Positions 47,741-60,993 of a stretch of 64,000 bases of DNA are shown here, piece by piece. The translations under genes were made by a program, and so were the position numbers. Source of the DNA: Macrostomum hystrix (lineage: Eukaryota > Animalia > Platyhelminthes); assembly GCA_950097015.1 (NCBI GenBank), contig CATNEN010000038.1:9114001-9178000 (forward strand). The letters are read 5' to 3'. The notes under the pieces are model-generated. The model worked only from the letters and a program-made list of their open reading frames with translations. It searched no databases and had not been told where the DNA came from. Each line of letters begins with the position of its first letter. Position 1 is the stretch's first letter.

Positions 47741-48598
47741 CAATGAGAGTCAGGACGAGAGAACTAGGGGAAGACTGATCGCGCCCAAGGCCGAAAAGCG
47801 GGCCAGAAAAGATTCGTGGTCGATCGATTTTTTTTCGCTCTGTGATCCTCCTTAGCAGCGGCGGGTAGTCGGCCTGTCCGCTATGAACGAGCAGCGGCGC
47901 GCCGAGCGAAAATCGATCATCTACCGGCAGTCGTTCTCCCATTCCGCTGTGCGCGGCATCAAAACATTGGCCTGACCGCCTTAGCCATAAACATCAGGAG
48001 TGCCCGCCCCACCCCCTGCCTGGTGTTGCTGCAGCAAAGTTATCCGGGCTTTGGGGAATGATAAAAAGGTGAAGGCCGGTGGTTTTCGAGGGCCCGGACC
48101 GCAGCCCCTTTAATCTTGCTGTAAACTATGCCTCTACCGGCTTTGCTTTTTCTCTCATTTTCCAATTTCGACTCCTTATCGGCCGGGCCTCCCGGCTTCA
48201 TGTTTTTGCCTCTGCCTCTTGACATTTACCAAGAAATACCTTACTGGCAGCTTGAAATTCTGGCCCGCACACTAATTACAGAGGCGCAAACTCTTCCTCG
48301 ATTTGCAACACAGACAGAAACAGACTGCGATTTTGCAGGCAACTGCAGGTCAACATTTCAACATTCTGTGGATAATCCTTTACAGACTTATAGTTAAAGA
48401 CTCGAAAATATCTATTAGCTTGTTTTCATCGCATCAATAAGCAATGCGTTTAAAAGCACATTTTCCTGCATTCGCAAAACAAACAGGATCTGCAAAAACT
48501 GGTAGACCTTATAAAAATGCTAACTCTGTAACATATATTCAATCATCGCGACGAATTGTAAAAAACATTTCTAATCAGAATTAAAAAATCTCTAAAGA

Positions 48599-50190
48599 CA
48601 CTCTTCCTGAGGATCAGGGTCACTCTTCCTGAGGATCAGGGTCACTCTTCCTGAGGATCAGGGTCACTCTTCCTGAGGATCAGGGTCACTCTTCCTGAGG
48701 ATCAGGGTCACTCTTCCTGAGGATCAGGGTCACTCTTCCTGAGGATCAGGGTCACTCTTCCTGAGGATCAGGGTCACTCTTCCTGAGGATCAGGGTCACT
48801 CTTCCTGAGGATCAGGGTCACTCTTCCTGAGGATCAGGGTCACTCTTCCTGAGGATCAGGGTCACTCTTCCTGAGGATCAGGGTCACTCTTCCTGAGGAT
48901 CAGGGTCACTCTTCCTGAGGATCAGGGTCACTCTTCCTGAGGATCAGGGTCACTCTTCCTGAGGATCAGGGTCACTCTTTTTTGAGGATCAGGGTCACTC
49001 TTTTTTGAGGATCAGGGTCACTCTTCCTGAGGATCAGGGTCACTCTTTTTTGAGGATCAGGGTCACTCTTCCTGAGGATCAGGGTCACTCTTCCTGAGGA
49101 TCAGGGTCACTCTTTTTTGAGGATCAGGGTCACTCTTTTTTGAGGATCAGGGTCACTCTTCCTGAGGATCAGGGTCACTCTTTTTTGAGGATCAGGGTCA
49201 CTCTTCCTGAGGATCAGGGTCACTCTTTTTTGAGGATCAGGGTCACTCTTCCTGAGGATCAGGGTCACTCTTCCTGAGGATCAGGGTCACTCTTCCTGAG
49301 GATCAGGGTCACTCTTCCTGAGGATCAGGGTCACTCTTTCCTGAGGATCAGGGTCACCCTTTCCTGAGGATCAGGGTCACTCTTTCCTGAGGATCAGGGT
49401 CACTCTTTCCTGAGTATCAGGGTCACTCTTTCCTGAGTATCAGGGTCACTCTTTCCTGAGTATCAGGGTCACTCTTTCCTGAGGATCAGGGTCACCCTTT
49501 CCTGAGGATCAGGGTCACCCTTTCCTGAGGATCAGGGTCACTCTTTTTTTGAGGATCAGGGTCACTCTTTTTTTGAGGATCAGGGTCACTCTTTCCTGGG
49601 GATCGGGGTCACTCTCTCATGAGTAACAGGGTCACTCTTTTTTGAGGATCAGGGTCACTCTTCCTGAGGATCAGGGTCACTCTTCCCGAGGATCAGGGTC
49701 ACTCTTCCTGAGGATCAGGGTCACCCTTTCATGAGGATCAGGGTCAGGCTTCCTGAGGATCAGACTCCCAATAGAAATCAGGGTCACTCTTTCCTGAGGA
49801 TCAGGGTCACTCTCTCATGAGTAACAGGGTCACTCTTTTTTGAGGATCAGGGTCACTCTTCCTGAGGATCAGGGTCACTCTTCCCGAGGATCAGGGTCAC
49901 TCTTCCTGAGGATCAGGGTCACTCTTCCTGAGGATCAAGGTCACTCTTTCCTGAGGATCAGGGTCACTCTTTCCTGAGGATCAGGGTCACTCTTTCCTGA
50001 GGATCAGGGTCACTCTCTCATGAGTATCAGGGTCACTTTTTCTTGAGGATCAGGGTTACTCTCTCATGAGTATCAGGGTCACTTTTTCCTGAGGATCAGG
50101 GTCACTCTCTCATGAGGATCAGGGTCACTCTTTCCTGAGGATCAGGGTCACTCTCTCATGAGTATCAGGGTCACTATTCCTGAGGAACAG
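48599..50190. repeat. 22/23-bp minisatellite (cactcttcctgaggatcagggt)
   Basis: Homogeneous left end, progressively degenerate right end. Confidence 0.97.
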
Positions 50191-50250
50191 ACTCCCAATA
50201 GAAATCAGGGTCAATCCCAATAGAATCCCAATAGAAACTCCAAAACAGAA

Positions 50251-50562
50251 TCAAATGCGGTCTGGCTGGCTGCTGGCAGTCTGTTTGCATGGCTTCTCCA
50301 GCAGGCTATTGCACACTCTTATTTGCTGCACCAGCTGGGCGAAGGTGTCCAAATACTCAAGACGGCGCTGCGGTACAGTGACAGTCAGCTCGGCAAGGAT
50401 CATCTGCTGGCTGAGGAGGCGAAACTTGCGCCGCAGGAGGCGCATGGCGGCATGGCGTCGGTTGCGCAAGAGAACAGCGCAGCAGAACTGCAGGGCCGCC
50501 AGAGCGAATAGAGTGGTGAACCCTGCCAATAAGATCAATAGCGGCAGCGTTAGCTCCTTCAT
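50251..50562 (-). CDS. Possible small membrane protein (hydrophobic segment followed by an Arg-rich segment), 103 aa
   Basis: GC-rich non-repetitive ORF: LPLLILLAGFTTLFALAALQFCCAVLL then RNRRHAAMRLLRRK. No recognisable homology. Confidence 0.35.
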   Translation of the reverse strand: MKELTLPLLILLAGFTTLFALAALQFCCAVLLRNRRHAAMRLLRRKFRLLSQQMILAELTVTVPQRRLEYLDTFAQLVQQIRVCNSLLEKPCKQTASSQPDRI

Positions 50563-50854
50563 CTCCGGTTCATTGATTGAGTATTTGTTGATTTTGCTTT
50601 GCTACGTCGTAATTGAATTATATCTGTGAGTTCGCTGCTCGTGTTTTTTGCGTGTTTTCTCCTTCGGCCGGTGTCTATGGCAAATTTACCAACACGGCCT
50701 GCAACTAAATTAGATCTACTTACTAGGGAATCCACCAAAACGAAGCCCAGCTAACAACAAAAACAGATCCCCTAGAAAAAACCACTTGAACAGACAGCTG
50801 GAATCCACTAAAAAGGAGTCCAGGTACCCACCAAACTAGGGCCTAGGAACTCAC

Positions 50855-52255
50855 TAAAACAGAGCCCTGGAACCCACTAAAACAGAGCCCTGGAACCCAC
50901 CAAAACAGATCCATGAAACCCACTAAAACAGAGCCCTGGAACCCACTAAAACAGAGCCCTGGAACCAACTAAAACAGATCCCTGGAACCCACTAAAACAG
51001 AGCCCTGGAACCCACTAAAACAGAGCCCTGGAACCCACTAAAACAGAGCCCTGAAACCACCAAAACAGATCCCTGAAACCCACTAAAACAGAGCCCTGGA
51101 ACCCACTAAAACAGAGCCCTGAAACCACCAAAACAGATCCCTGAAACCCACTAAAACAGAGCCCTGGAACCCACTAAAACAGAGCCCTGGAACCCACTAA
51201 AACAGAGCCCTGAAACCACCAAAACAGATCCCTGAAACCCACTGAAACAGAGCCCTGGAACCCACTAAAACAGATCCCTGAAACCACCAAAACAGATCCG
51301 TGGAACCAACTAAAACAGAGCCCTCGAAATCGATAAAACAGAGTCCCTGGAAACCACCAGAGCAGAGCCCTTGGAAACCACCAGAACAGAGCCCTTGGAA
51401 ACCACCGTAACAGAGCCCTTAAAAACCACTAGAACAGAGCCCTTAAAAACCACCGGAACAGAGCCCTTAAAAACCACTAGAACAGAGCCCTTAAAAACCA
51501 CCAGAACAGAGCCCTGGAAACCACCAGAACAGAGCCCTTAAAAACCACTAGAACAGAGCCCTTAAAAACCACCAGAACAGGGCCCTTGGAAACCACCAGA
51601 ACAGAGCCCTTAAAAACCACCAGAACAGAGCCCTTAAAAACCACCAGAACAGAGCCCTGGAAACCACCAGAACAGAGCCCTTAAAAACCACTAGAACAGA
51701 GCCCTTAAAAACCACCAGAACAGGGCCCTTGGAAACCACCAGAACAGAGCCCTTAAAAACCACCAGAACAGAGCCCTTAAAAACCACCAGAACAGAGCCC
51801 TTGGAAACCACCAGAACAGAGCCCTTAAAAACCACCAGAACAGAGCCCTTAAAAACCACCAGAACAGAGCCCTTAAAAACCACCAGAACAGAGCCCTTAA
51901 AAACCACCAGAACAGAGCCCTTAAAAACCACCAGAACAGAGCCCTTAAAAACCACCAGAACAGAGCCCTTGGAAACCACCAGAACAGAGCCCTTAAAAAC
52001 CACCAGAACAGAGCCCTTAAAAACCACCAGAACAGAGCCCTGGAAACCACCAGAACAGAGCCCTTAAAAACCACTAGAAAAGAGCCCTTAAAAACCACCA
52101 GAACAGGGCCCTTGGAAACCACCAGAACAGAGCCCTTAAAAACCACCAGAACAGAGCCCTTAAAAACCACCAGAACAGAGCCCTGGAAACCACCAGAACA
52201 GAGCCCTTAAAAACCACCAGAACAGAGCCCCTGGAAACCACCCGAACAGATTCCT
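50855..52255. repeat. Two adjoining related arrays: 23-bp (aaaacagagccctggaacccact), then 24-bp (agaacagagcccttaaaaaccacc)
   Basis: Shared core aacagagccct; unit type switches near 51330. Confidence 0.95.
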
Positions 52256-53271
52256 GGTGAAATCGAGGCATTTAATTTCACCTTAGCCTAAAAATTTTGT
52301 ACTGCATTCTCCAAGCTTGCAGTAAAGTTACATTTCGTAGATTTGATCTCCCCAGTTGCATCGTAAAAGATAGTTTTTCTGTTGCTAAGCTTAGTCATAG
52401 GCCTTTGGATCCTGAATGGCTGACACCATCATGGCGAAGGTTATCGATTGATGCTGCCTATCTAATCACTACGCCAGTGCAGGTAGGCCAGCGATGCAGT
52501 TAAAATTCTTGAAATTGCGCATCAATAATTGAACGGCATCAGGTTATAGCAGACCCTGCGGGGGTTAGCGAAATCGATTGGCGCAGGCAGATGCGCCCGC
52601 CAACTCCCATCTTTTTGCAACCGGCTGACGGGGAGCAAAACAGGGAAACGCGTGGCATGCCCAGACGTAAATAGCGTCGGGCAAGATTGATTGAATCGTT
52701 TTCTTTTGCATCCGTTGCATCCGTTTTCTTTGCCTTGAATCGTTTCCCAAACCAGGCCTTCCTAACCAAAGTGGCATCGCTAGTTTTCCTACGGCAATCG
52801 CTTTTTGATCCTTCCGCTGCAGCTGCGCCTGAATCGTCAGGCCGCGTAGCCTCAGAGATCCGGACAGAACTTGCAGAGCAAATTGAACAGTTTGACATTT
52901 ACAACTCTGGGTGGGGATAGTTTTGGAGGCTCATTGCTACTAAATAGCAGCCTAGCGGGGCTGCCTACTGCGTTGTACGCCCAACTGAGGAAATCAATTT
53001 GGGAAAAATGCAGACAGAAGAACTTCTGCCTGCCATGTTATCTTGTTTCGCTTGTGTGCGGATTTACTTCGCAAAGAAACCCGACATGTACGGCTTGCGT
53101 TATGGTTTGCGTTGCGAATAACCATTCTTTAAATAATATACCTACGAGCATTTTTTTAATTTATTTTTTAATACAATCTGCTTCTAAACTGGCGAGTACA
53201 TCAGGGACGGACGCCAGTCCTTCATCTGGCGTTGGCGCCGGCTTTGATTAGCCCGATGATTTGGGATGTTA

Positions 53272-53698
53272 AGGAGCTGTTCGGGAGCTGTTCGGGAGCT
53301 GTTCAGGAGCTGTTCGAAAGCTGTTCGGGAGCTGTTCAGGAGCTGTTCGGGAGCTGTTCAGGAGCTCTTCGGGAGCTGTTCAGGAGCTGTTCAGGAGCTG
53401 TTCAGGAGCTGTTCAGGAGCTCTTCGGGAGCTGTTCAGGAGCTGTTCAGGAGCTGTTCAGGAGCTGTTCAGGAGCTGTTCAGGAGCTCTTCGGGAGCTGT
53501 TCAGGAGCTGTTCAGGAGCTGTTCAGGAGCTGTTCAGGAGCTGTTCAGGAGCTGTTCAGGAGCTGTTCAGGAGCTGTTCAGGAGCTGTTCAGGAGCTGTT
53601 CAGGAGCTGTTCAGGAGCTGTTCAGGAGCTGTTCAGGAGCTGTTCAGGAGCTGTTCAGGAGCTGTTCGGGAGCTATTCGGAGCTGTTCGGGAGCTGTT
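53272..53698. repeat. 11-bp tandem repeat (c[a/g]ggagctgtt)
   Basis: Directly visible. Confidence 0.97.
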
Positions 53699-54397
53699 AA
53701 CAAGCTTTATGCAGTTTTGCTGTCCGCTTGCACCCGGAGATGCGTGGACTGTTTTATTAATGAAAAGTGCTACACATGATACTCACTAGTAGTATATTTG
53801 GAATTTCTACTAAGAATCCTTCAGTTATTGCTGCAAATGATTTATCTATCTGTTCAGAGTAGTTAGCCTGAGTCAGACTTCTGTTTTGCGCTGCTACGAC
53901 ACAGGGTGGGGCAGCGGAAGAAATCCTTCCACCCAACTCAAAACCAGACGCCCTAAATTCCTAAGCAACACTCACGTGATCCGCTGAATCCTACCTAACA
54001 GGGATGTACACTTAGTGTACAGGGTGTCGCTGTACAATCGAAGTTCCCCTTTCTCTCCCCCGAGTACAAATTCAAAGCTGAGCCTGTAGTACAATTATGA
54101 GCATAGCAGCCGCAAACTGTCTGCATGGGCTTTGACTGCTGGCTGACGCATTATGTGAAAAACACAGCTTACTGCTATTCCAACTCATGGGGTGTGTCTG
54201 CCATTATTTGGAAAATAATTCTATAGTAAAGCTGGCCGCTTCATTTCTTTATCGTCAGCTGCCCGACATGACAGCTGGTTTAGTGGCGAAACCGAGCAAA
54301 TGCAACTGTGATTAACAATAACTGCACATTTAGTAACACACCGAGTGCGAATCTTAGAAAATACTCGTACAATGAAGTTTATAATGCATCCATGCTT

Positions 54398-55540
54398 TCC
54401 AAAGCAGAGCCTCGATACCTACCAAAAGCAGAGCCTCGATACTTACCAAGAGCAGAGCCTCGATATATACCAAAAGCAGAGCCTCGATACCTACCAAAAG
54501 CAGAGCCTCGATATATACCAAAAACAGAGCCTCGATACTTACCAAAAGCAGAGCCTCGATACTTACCTAAAGCAGAGCCTCGATATATACCAAAAGCAGA
54601 GCCTCGATACCTACCAAAAGCAGAGCCTAGATATATACCAAAAGCAGAGCCTCGATACCTACCAAAAGCAGAGCCTCGATACTTACCAAAAGCAGAGCCT
54701 CGATATATACCAAAAGCAGAGCCTCGATACTTACCAAAAGCAGAGCCTCGATACTTACCAAAAGCAGAGCCTCGATATATACCAAAAGCAGAGCCTCGAT
54801 ACTTACCAAAAGCAGAGCCTCGATACTTACCAAAAGCAGAGCCTCGATACTTACTAAAAGCAGAGCCTCAATACTTACCAAAAGCAGAGCCTCGATACTT
54901 ACCAAAAGCAGTGCCTCGATACTTACCAAAAGCAGAGCCTCGATACCTACCAAAAGCAGAGCCTAGATATATACCAAAAGCAGAGCCTCGATACTTACCA
55001 AAAGCAGAGCCTCGATACTTACTAAAAGCAGAGCCTCAATACTTACCAAAAGCAGAGCCTCGATACTTACCAAAAGCAGAGCCTCGATACTTACCAAAAG
55101 CAGAGCCTCGATACTTACCAAAAGCAGAGCCTCGATACCTACCAAAAGCAGAGCCTCGATACTTACCAAAAGCAGTGCCTCGATATATACCAAAAGCAGA
55201 GCCTCGATACCTACCAAAAGCAGAGCCTCGATACTTACCAAAAGCAGAGCCTCGATACCTACCAAAAGCAGAGCCTCGATACCTACCAAAAGCATAGCCT
55301 CGATACCTACCAAAAGCAGAGCCTAGATATATACCAAAAGCAGAGCCTCGATACTTACCAAAAGCAGAGCCTCGATACTTACCAAAAGCAGAGCCTCGAT
55401 ACTTACCAAAAGCAGAGCCTCGATACTTACCAAAAGCAGAGCCTCGATACCTACCAAAAGCAGAGCCTCGATACCTACCAAAAGCAGAGCCTCGATACTT
55501 ACCAAAAGCAGAGCCTCGATACTTACCAAAAGCAGAGCCT
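54398..55540. repeat. 24-bp minisatellite (accaaaagcagagcctcgatactt)
   Basis: Tandem array; source of the KAEPRYLP ORF. Confidence 0.96.
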
Positions 55541-56914
55541 GAAAATAAGAATCATTTGGAATTTTAACAATTAAGAGATTTGCTAACGGTCATTTCTTAG
55601 CAGCGCATACTTGTCTTTTGCAAAACTAATTTAAGCCGAGAGTTTGTATTTAAAGAGTGTGTTACCGATGCTGCAGCAGAATTTTTATGGCCTCCGAGTT
55701 CATATTTTTGTTATAAGGTGGCTCAGAGCAGTAGGAACAAACTGTGATTGTGGTCGTAATAATTAATACAATTAATTTTCTTTATTGCCTTGCCAGTTTA
55801 TTGTTATTGTTGTGTACATTAAACAACTGATTAAGCATATTAGTGTTTGTTAAGCAAAAAAAACATTTTGTGCAAACCAGAAGCATAATATTAATATTTG
55901 CGGTTGTGACAAAAAATCACGAAAAAATATTCTAAAAAACATAAAAAAATCCACAGGTGTCAAACATGCTGTTATCCATCAAGCGACATGATTCAGTAAT
56001 AAAATTAATGTAACTATGTCACTATATAGAATGATAAAGATATTGGAATGGTGCAAAAAACAATTTAAAGCCGCGAAGCAAACCGGAAGTGTGTACAAAA
56101 TTCAACTCCGGTACTTGACTCCATAACGCTATATGTACTATTGTACTCAAAGTTACAGACAGCAAGAATTCGTAGAGTGCAAACGCTATCTCATTACTTG
56201 TCGCAACTTTCTTGCTTTTGGGCCTGTTTTCTTCTGTCTCTGTTTGTGCTTGTGTGCGTTCTGTTCCTGTGTTTTACCTTCCTCTTTCCTTTCTTATCTC
56301 TGCGTTCTGATTGGCTGTCTCTCTCTGTGTGTCCGTTTTGTTTCTAATCTCTCCACCCTGAGCCTTTGGTCGCCCAGCCCTTTTCCGGTGTCATTTTCTC
56401 TCTCCTCTGTGTTCCCTCTCCAGCCATGTTCATGTTTATCAGTCTACCCCTCTCTCCCCGCATGCACTCTGGTCGATATTCTAAACCAATACAGTTCGGA
56501 GCCTCTGCCCGTATTCCCTCTTAGTTCATTTCTTGTTAAACTTCTCGTCTGTTTAGTCAACCAAAAAGCTAAAGCCATTAAAACTCGTGTCACGAATTTT
56601 CAATCGATCATGGTGTCCAAATTAGAGAAAAGATTGGCAATCGATTTGCTATCAGCATGCCGACCAGTATCCCTGCCGTTGGTGAAATGGATTTATCTAA
56701 AAAAGGGTTTTCAAGATACAGGTAATGAGTTACTCTAGCTGTGTACCTTTTTCTCCACTGTAGCTCGTACAATATCAGGCTATAATTACGTGCGCTTCCG
56801 GAGGATGAGTTACTCGCGGCGCAGCGAGGTTCTGGAACAGTCGGTTTTTTAGTTTCTATTTAATAAATGAGTACATATAAATTCTCAAAGCCATCAAGAC
56901 AAGTAATTATTTAC

Positions 56915-59719
56915 TTGCAAATCCAGTACGGCAAGAACAGTTGTAAAAGGGGTCAGAGTACATCATTGTGCAGTTGCCACCATTGAGACAGACAGGCAGT
57001 GTAGTGATGTTCTTGTCAGGCTGCAGTGTACTGCAGTAGTTCACAGCCGCAATGCAGTTCGGTGCGATGTAGGGCAGCGGGCAGAGGCAGGGCGGACTGG
57101 CTGTGACGTTGTTGCAGGTGCCACCGTTGTAGCAGGTGATGGCAGAGCAATTATTCACTGTTTCACCTGCGGAATAAAAGGCTTACCAATAGTTTCTTGT
57201 CGGACAGATCTCATCATGCTATCTCATTGTTGGTACGAGCTATTTTTATTATCTCATTTTGAGATATAAAAATTGAGAAACTTCTAATGCTAAGTGTAAG
57301 CAGCTTGCTGTCTTTTTAACAGTGGGTGCTGCAGGTGTTATCAGTGGTGTGGTTGCAGGTGTTATCAGTGGTGTGGTTGCAGGTGTTATCAGTGGTGTGG
57401 TTGCAGGTGTTATCAGTGGTGTGGTTGCAGGTGTTATCAGTGCTGTGGTTGCAGGTGTTATCAGCGGTGTGGTTGCAGGTGTTATCAGTGGTGTGGGTGC
57501 AGGTATTATTAATGGTGTGGGTGCAGGTGTTATCAGTGGTGTGGGTGCAGGTGTTATCAGTGGTGTGGGTGCAGGTGTTATCAGTGGTGTGGGTGCAGGT
57601 GTTATCAGTGGTGTGGGTGCAGGTGTTATCAGTGGTGTGGGTGCAGGTGTTATCAGTGGTGTGGGTGCAGGTGTTATCAGTGGTGTGGGTGCAGGTGTTA
57701 TCAGTGCTGTGGTTGCAGGTGTTATCAGTGGTGTGGGTGCAGGTGTTATCAGTGGTGTGGGTGCAGGTGTTATCAGTGGTGTGGGTGCAGGTGTTATCAG
57801 TGGTGTGGGTGCAGGTGTTATCAGTGGTGTGGGTGCAGGTGTTATCAGTGGTGTGGGTGCAGGTGTTATCAGTGGTGTGGTTGCAGGTGTTATCAGTGCT
57901 GTGGTTGCAGGTGTTATCAGTGGTGTGGTTGCAGGTGTTATCAGTGTTGTGGGTGCAGGTGTTATCAGTGTTGTGGGTGCAGGTGTTATCAGTGGTGTGG
58001 GTGCAGGTGTTATCAGTGGTGTGGGTGCAGGTGTTATCAGTGGTGTGGGTGCAGGTGTTATCAGTGGTGTGGGTGCAGGTGTTATCAGTGGTGTGGGTGC
58101 AGGTGTTATCAGTGGTGTGGGTGCAGGTGTTATCAGTGGTGTGGGTGCTGCAGGTGTTATAAGTGGTGTCGGTGCCGCAGGTGTTATCAGTGGTGTGGTT
58201 GCAGGTGTTATCAGTGGTGTGGGTGCAGGTGTTATCAGTGGTGTGGGTGCAGGTGTTATCAGTGGTGTGGGTGCAGGTGTTATCAGTGGTGTGGGTGCAG
58301 GTGTTATCAGTGGTGTGGGTGCAGGTGTTATCAGTGGTGTGGGTGCAGGTGTTATCAGTGGTGTGGGTGCAGGTGTTATCAGTGGTGTGGTTGCAGGTGT
58401 TATCAGTGCTGTGGTTGCAGGTGTTATCAGTGGTGTGGTTGCAGGTGTTATCAGTGTTGTGGGTGCAGGTGTTATCAGTGTTGTGGGTGCAGGTGTTATC
58501 AGTGGTGTGGGTGCAGGTGTTATCAGTGGTGTGGGTGCAGGTGTTATCAGTGGTGTGGGTGCAGGTGTTATCAGTGGTGTGGGTGCAGGTGTTATCAGTG
58601 GTGTGGGTGCAGGTGTTATCAGTGGTGTGGGTGCAGGTGTTATCAGTGGTGTGGGTGCAGGTGTTATCAGTGGTGTGGGTGCAGGTGTTATCAGTGGTGT
58701 GGGTGCAGGTGTTATCAGTGGTGTGGGTGCTGCAGGTGTTATAAGTGGTGTCGGTGCCGCAGGTGTTATCAGTGGTGTGGTTGCAGGTGTTATCAGTGGT
58801 GTGGGTGCAGGTGTTATCAGTGGTGTGGGTGCAGGTGTTATCAGTGGTGTGGTTGCAGGTGCTATCAGTGCTGTGGTTGCAGGTGTTATCAGTGGTGTGG
58901 GTGCAGGTGTTATCAGTGGTGTGGGTGCAGGTATTATTAATGGTGTGGGTGCAGGTGTTATCAGTGGTGTGGGTGCAGGTGTTATCAGTGGTGTGGGTGC
59001 AGGTGTTATCAGTGGTGTGGGTGCAGGTGTTATCAGTGGTGTGGGTGCAGGTGTTATTAGTGGTGTGGGTGCAGGTGTTATCAGTGGTGTGGTTGCAGGT
59101 GTTATCAGTGGTGTGGGTGCAGGTGTTATCAGTGCTGTGGTTGCAGGTGTTATCAGTGGTGTGGGTGCAGGTGTTATCAGTGGTGTGGGTGCAGGTGTTA
59201 TCAGTGGTGTGGGTGCAGGTGTTATCAGTGGTGTGGGTGCAGGTGTTATCAGTGGTGTGGTTGCAGGTGTTATCAGTGCTGTGGTTGCAGGTGTTATCAG
59301 TGGTGTGGTTGCAGGTGTTATCAGTGTTGTGGGTGCAGGTGTTATCAGTGTTGTGGGTGCAGGTGTTATTAGTGGTGTGGGTGCAGGTGTTATCAGTGGT
59401 GTGGTTGCAGGTGTTATCAGTGGTGTGGGTGCAGGTGTTATCAGTGTTGTGGGTACAGGTGTTATCAGTGGTGTGGGTGCAGGTGTTATCAGTGGTGTGG
59501 GTGCAGGTGTTATTAGTGGTGTCGGTGCAAGTGTTATCAGTGGCTTGGGTGCCGCAGGTGTGGGTGCAGCAGACTGCTACAGATTGTAAGAGGTGTGCAT
59601 AAGTTGTTTCTGAAGCTTTAAAAAATAGTGTCAGTACATTGGTGATTGTACTTACTGGTGATTGCTATGAATGTCAGTATCGCCAGAAATATAGAACAAA
59701 TGAGGTGATGAGTTTGCAT
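56915..59719 (-). CDS. Signal peptide + tandem EGF-like domain gene (paralog 2): exons 59719-59656 and 57166-56915; 3' end unresolved
   Basis: Exon 1, [21 protein letters not shown], ends A|GTAAGT (phase 1). A 252-nt phase 1-1 exon encodes [24 protein letters not shown] and [20 protein letters not shown], highly similar to 62425-62183. Confidence 0.72.
57322..59572. repeat. 24-bp tandem array (gcaggtgttatcagtggtgtgggt), ~94 copies; only 3-nt indels; possibly coding on the minus strand
   Basis: Frame preserved over 2.25 kb; a ~582-bp internal block duplication is marked by variant units near 58150 and 58732. Confidence 0.96.
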
Positions 59720-60714
59720 TCTTTTGTTCTTGCTTCTGTATAAGTTCCGTGTTGCCTATTGTGTTAAAAGTACTGTCTCCGTACGAAGCTTTTACCAGGT
59801 AGACTCTTCTAGCCTCTATAAAACAGCGCCAGCTTCTAGCTTGCGATTCACCTTTCTTCCTCACCTGCGCATGTACATCTCACCGTCCCGTACTACTTTT
59901 ACCACAGGGCTCACTCCTCTTCTCGTCCCCTTCTCGTCCCCCATAAATCTGTCCCCTCTGATGCTCTCCCCTATTTTCTTGAGCAGCGGCTTGACTACTG
60001 GTTACTATGGCTGAACGGTTGGACTGCTGTACTATCCCGATGCGATCACTCAGTGCTTCTATTTTTAGCAACAAATATTCCTTCGCCATATATCCTTCAC
60101 GCTTTTGTACGATCTCGTATTGAATATCTTACTGAATTTGTTAATCTGAAAATTTCCCACGAAACTCTGCGATACCAGCTGACACTCCTTTCTACTGATC
60201 CCGAGGATTAGTGCAGCAATGGCCAAGAATGTTCGCTCAGAAAGCAGAATAAAAACAAAAGACTGCGTCCAGCTGCTGCATTTAGCTGTACGAGTTTTGC
60301 GCCTTAATTGTCTTGTTTATTTAGCATGCTGGGCACAATGAAATAATGTATTTTGCTAGGCATTACTGGTCAAGATCACCTGGTAATCATTTCAGCAAAC
60401 TTCTCTAACCATGTCGTTATTTAATACTGCCAGTAAGAAAATGAAATTCAGCAATATTTGCACTTTGAGCTGAAACACTTGCAGCCAGGCTAGAGCTAAT
60501 GAGAATGTACGAGTCCTTGATTAAATCAGAGAAAAAGGCATTTCTGAGTGACGAAATCCATAAATATTTTTCGTGATAAAAATTCTTAAGTAAATTGTTT
60601 TTCAAATATCTACAGCTCATTGCATCGAAAAAAAGCAAAATCACAGGGTTTGGCTCAGTTTCTGGTGGAATGACGAACTTCTAACTCGTACTCACAGATA
60701 GTCCAGGCTAATGT

Positions 60715-60950
60715 CATGTCTCTCCTGTCTCATATCTCTTCGGTCTCATCTCTCTCCTGTCTCATCTCTCTCCTGTCTCATCTCTCTCCCGTGTCTCATC
60801 TCTCCCGTGTCTCATCTCTCCCGTGTCTCATCTCTCCCGTGTCTCATCTCTCCCGTGTCTCATCTCTCTCCTGTCTCATCTCTCTCCCGTGTCTCATCTC
60901 TCCCGTGTCTCATCTCTCCCGTGTCTCATCTCTCCCGTGTCTCATCCCTC
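60715..60950. repeat. 16/18-bp pyrimidine-rich repeat (gtgtctcatctctccc)
   Basis: Directly visible, just downstream of the paralog 1 stop codon. Confidence 0.92.
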
Positions 60951-60993
60951 TGTTGACCAGTTTCTGTCTCAGCTTTGCTGAATCACAGTTTTC

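Noticed and set aside
52539-52898. 119-aa minus-strand ORF in non-repetitive sequence
   Set aside because: No recognisable motif and no convincing splice partners; cannot be supported, though not excluded.
54308-55297. 329-aa KAEPRYLP repeat ORF
   Set aside because: The array continues past an internal TAG; no signal peptide or exon context.
57167-57186. Apparent 20-nt GT-AG intron (gtaagccttttattccgcag, minus strand)
   Set aside because: Below plausible spliceosomal intron size for a metazoan, and the upstream sequence has no convincing coding frame; probably a chance donor next to the real acceptor.
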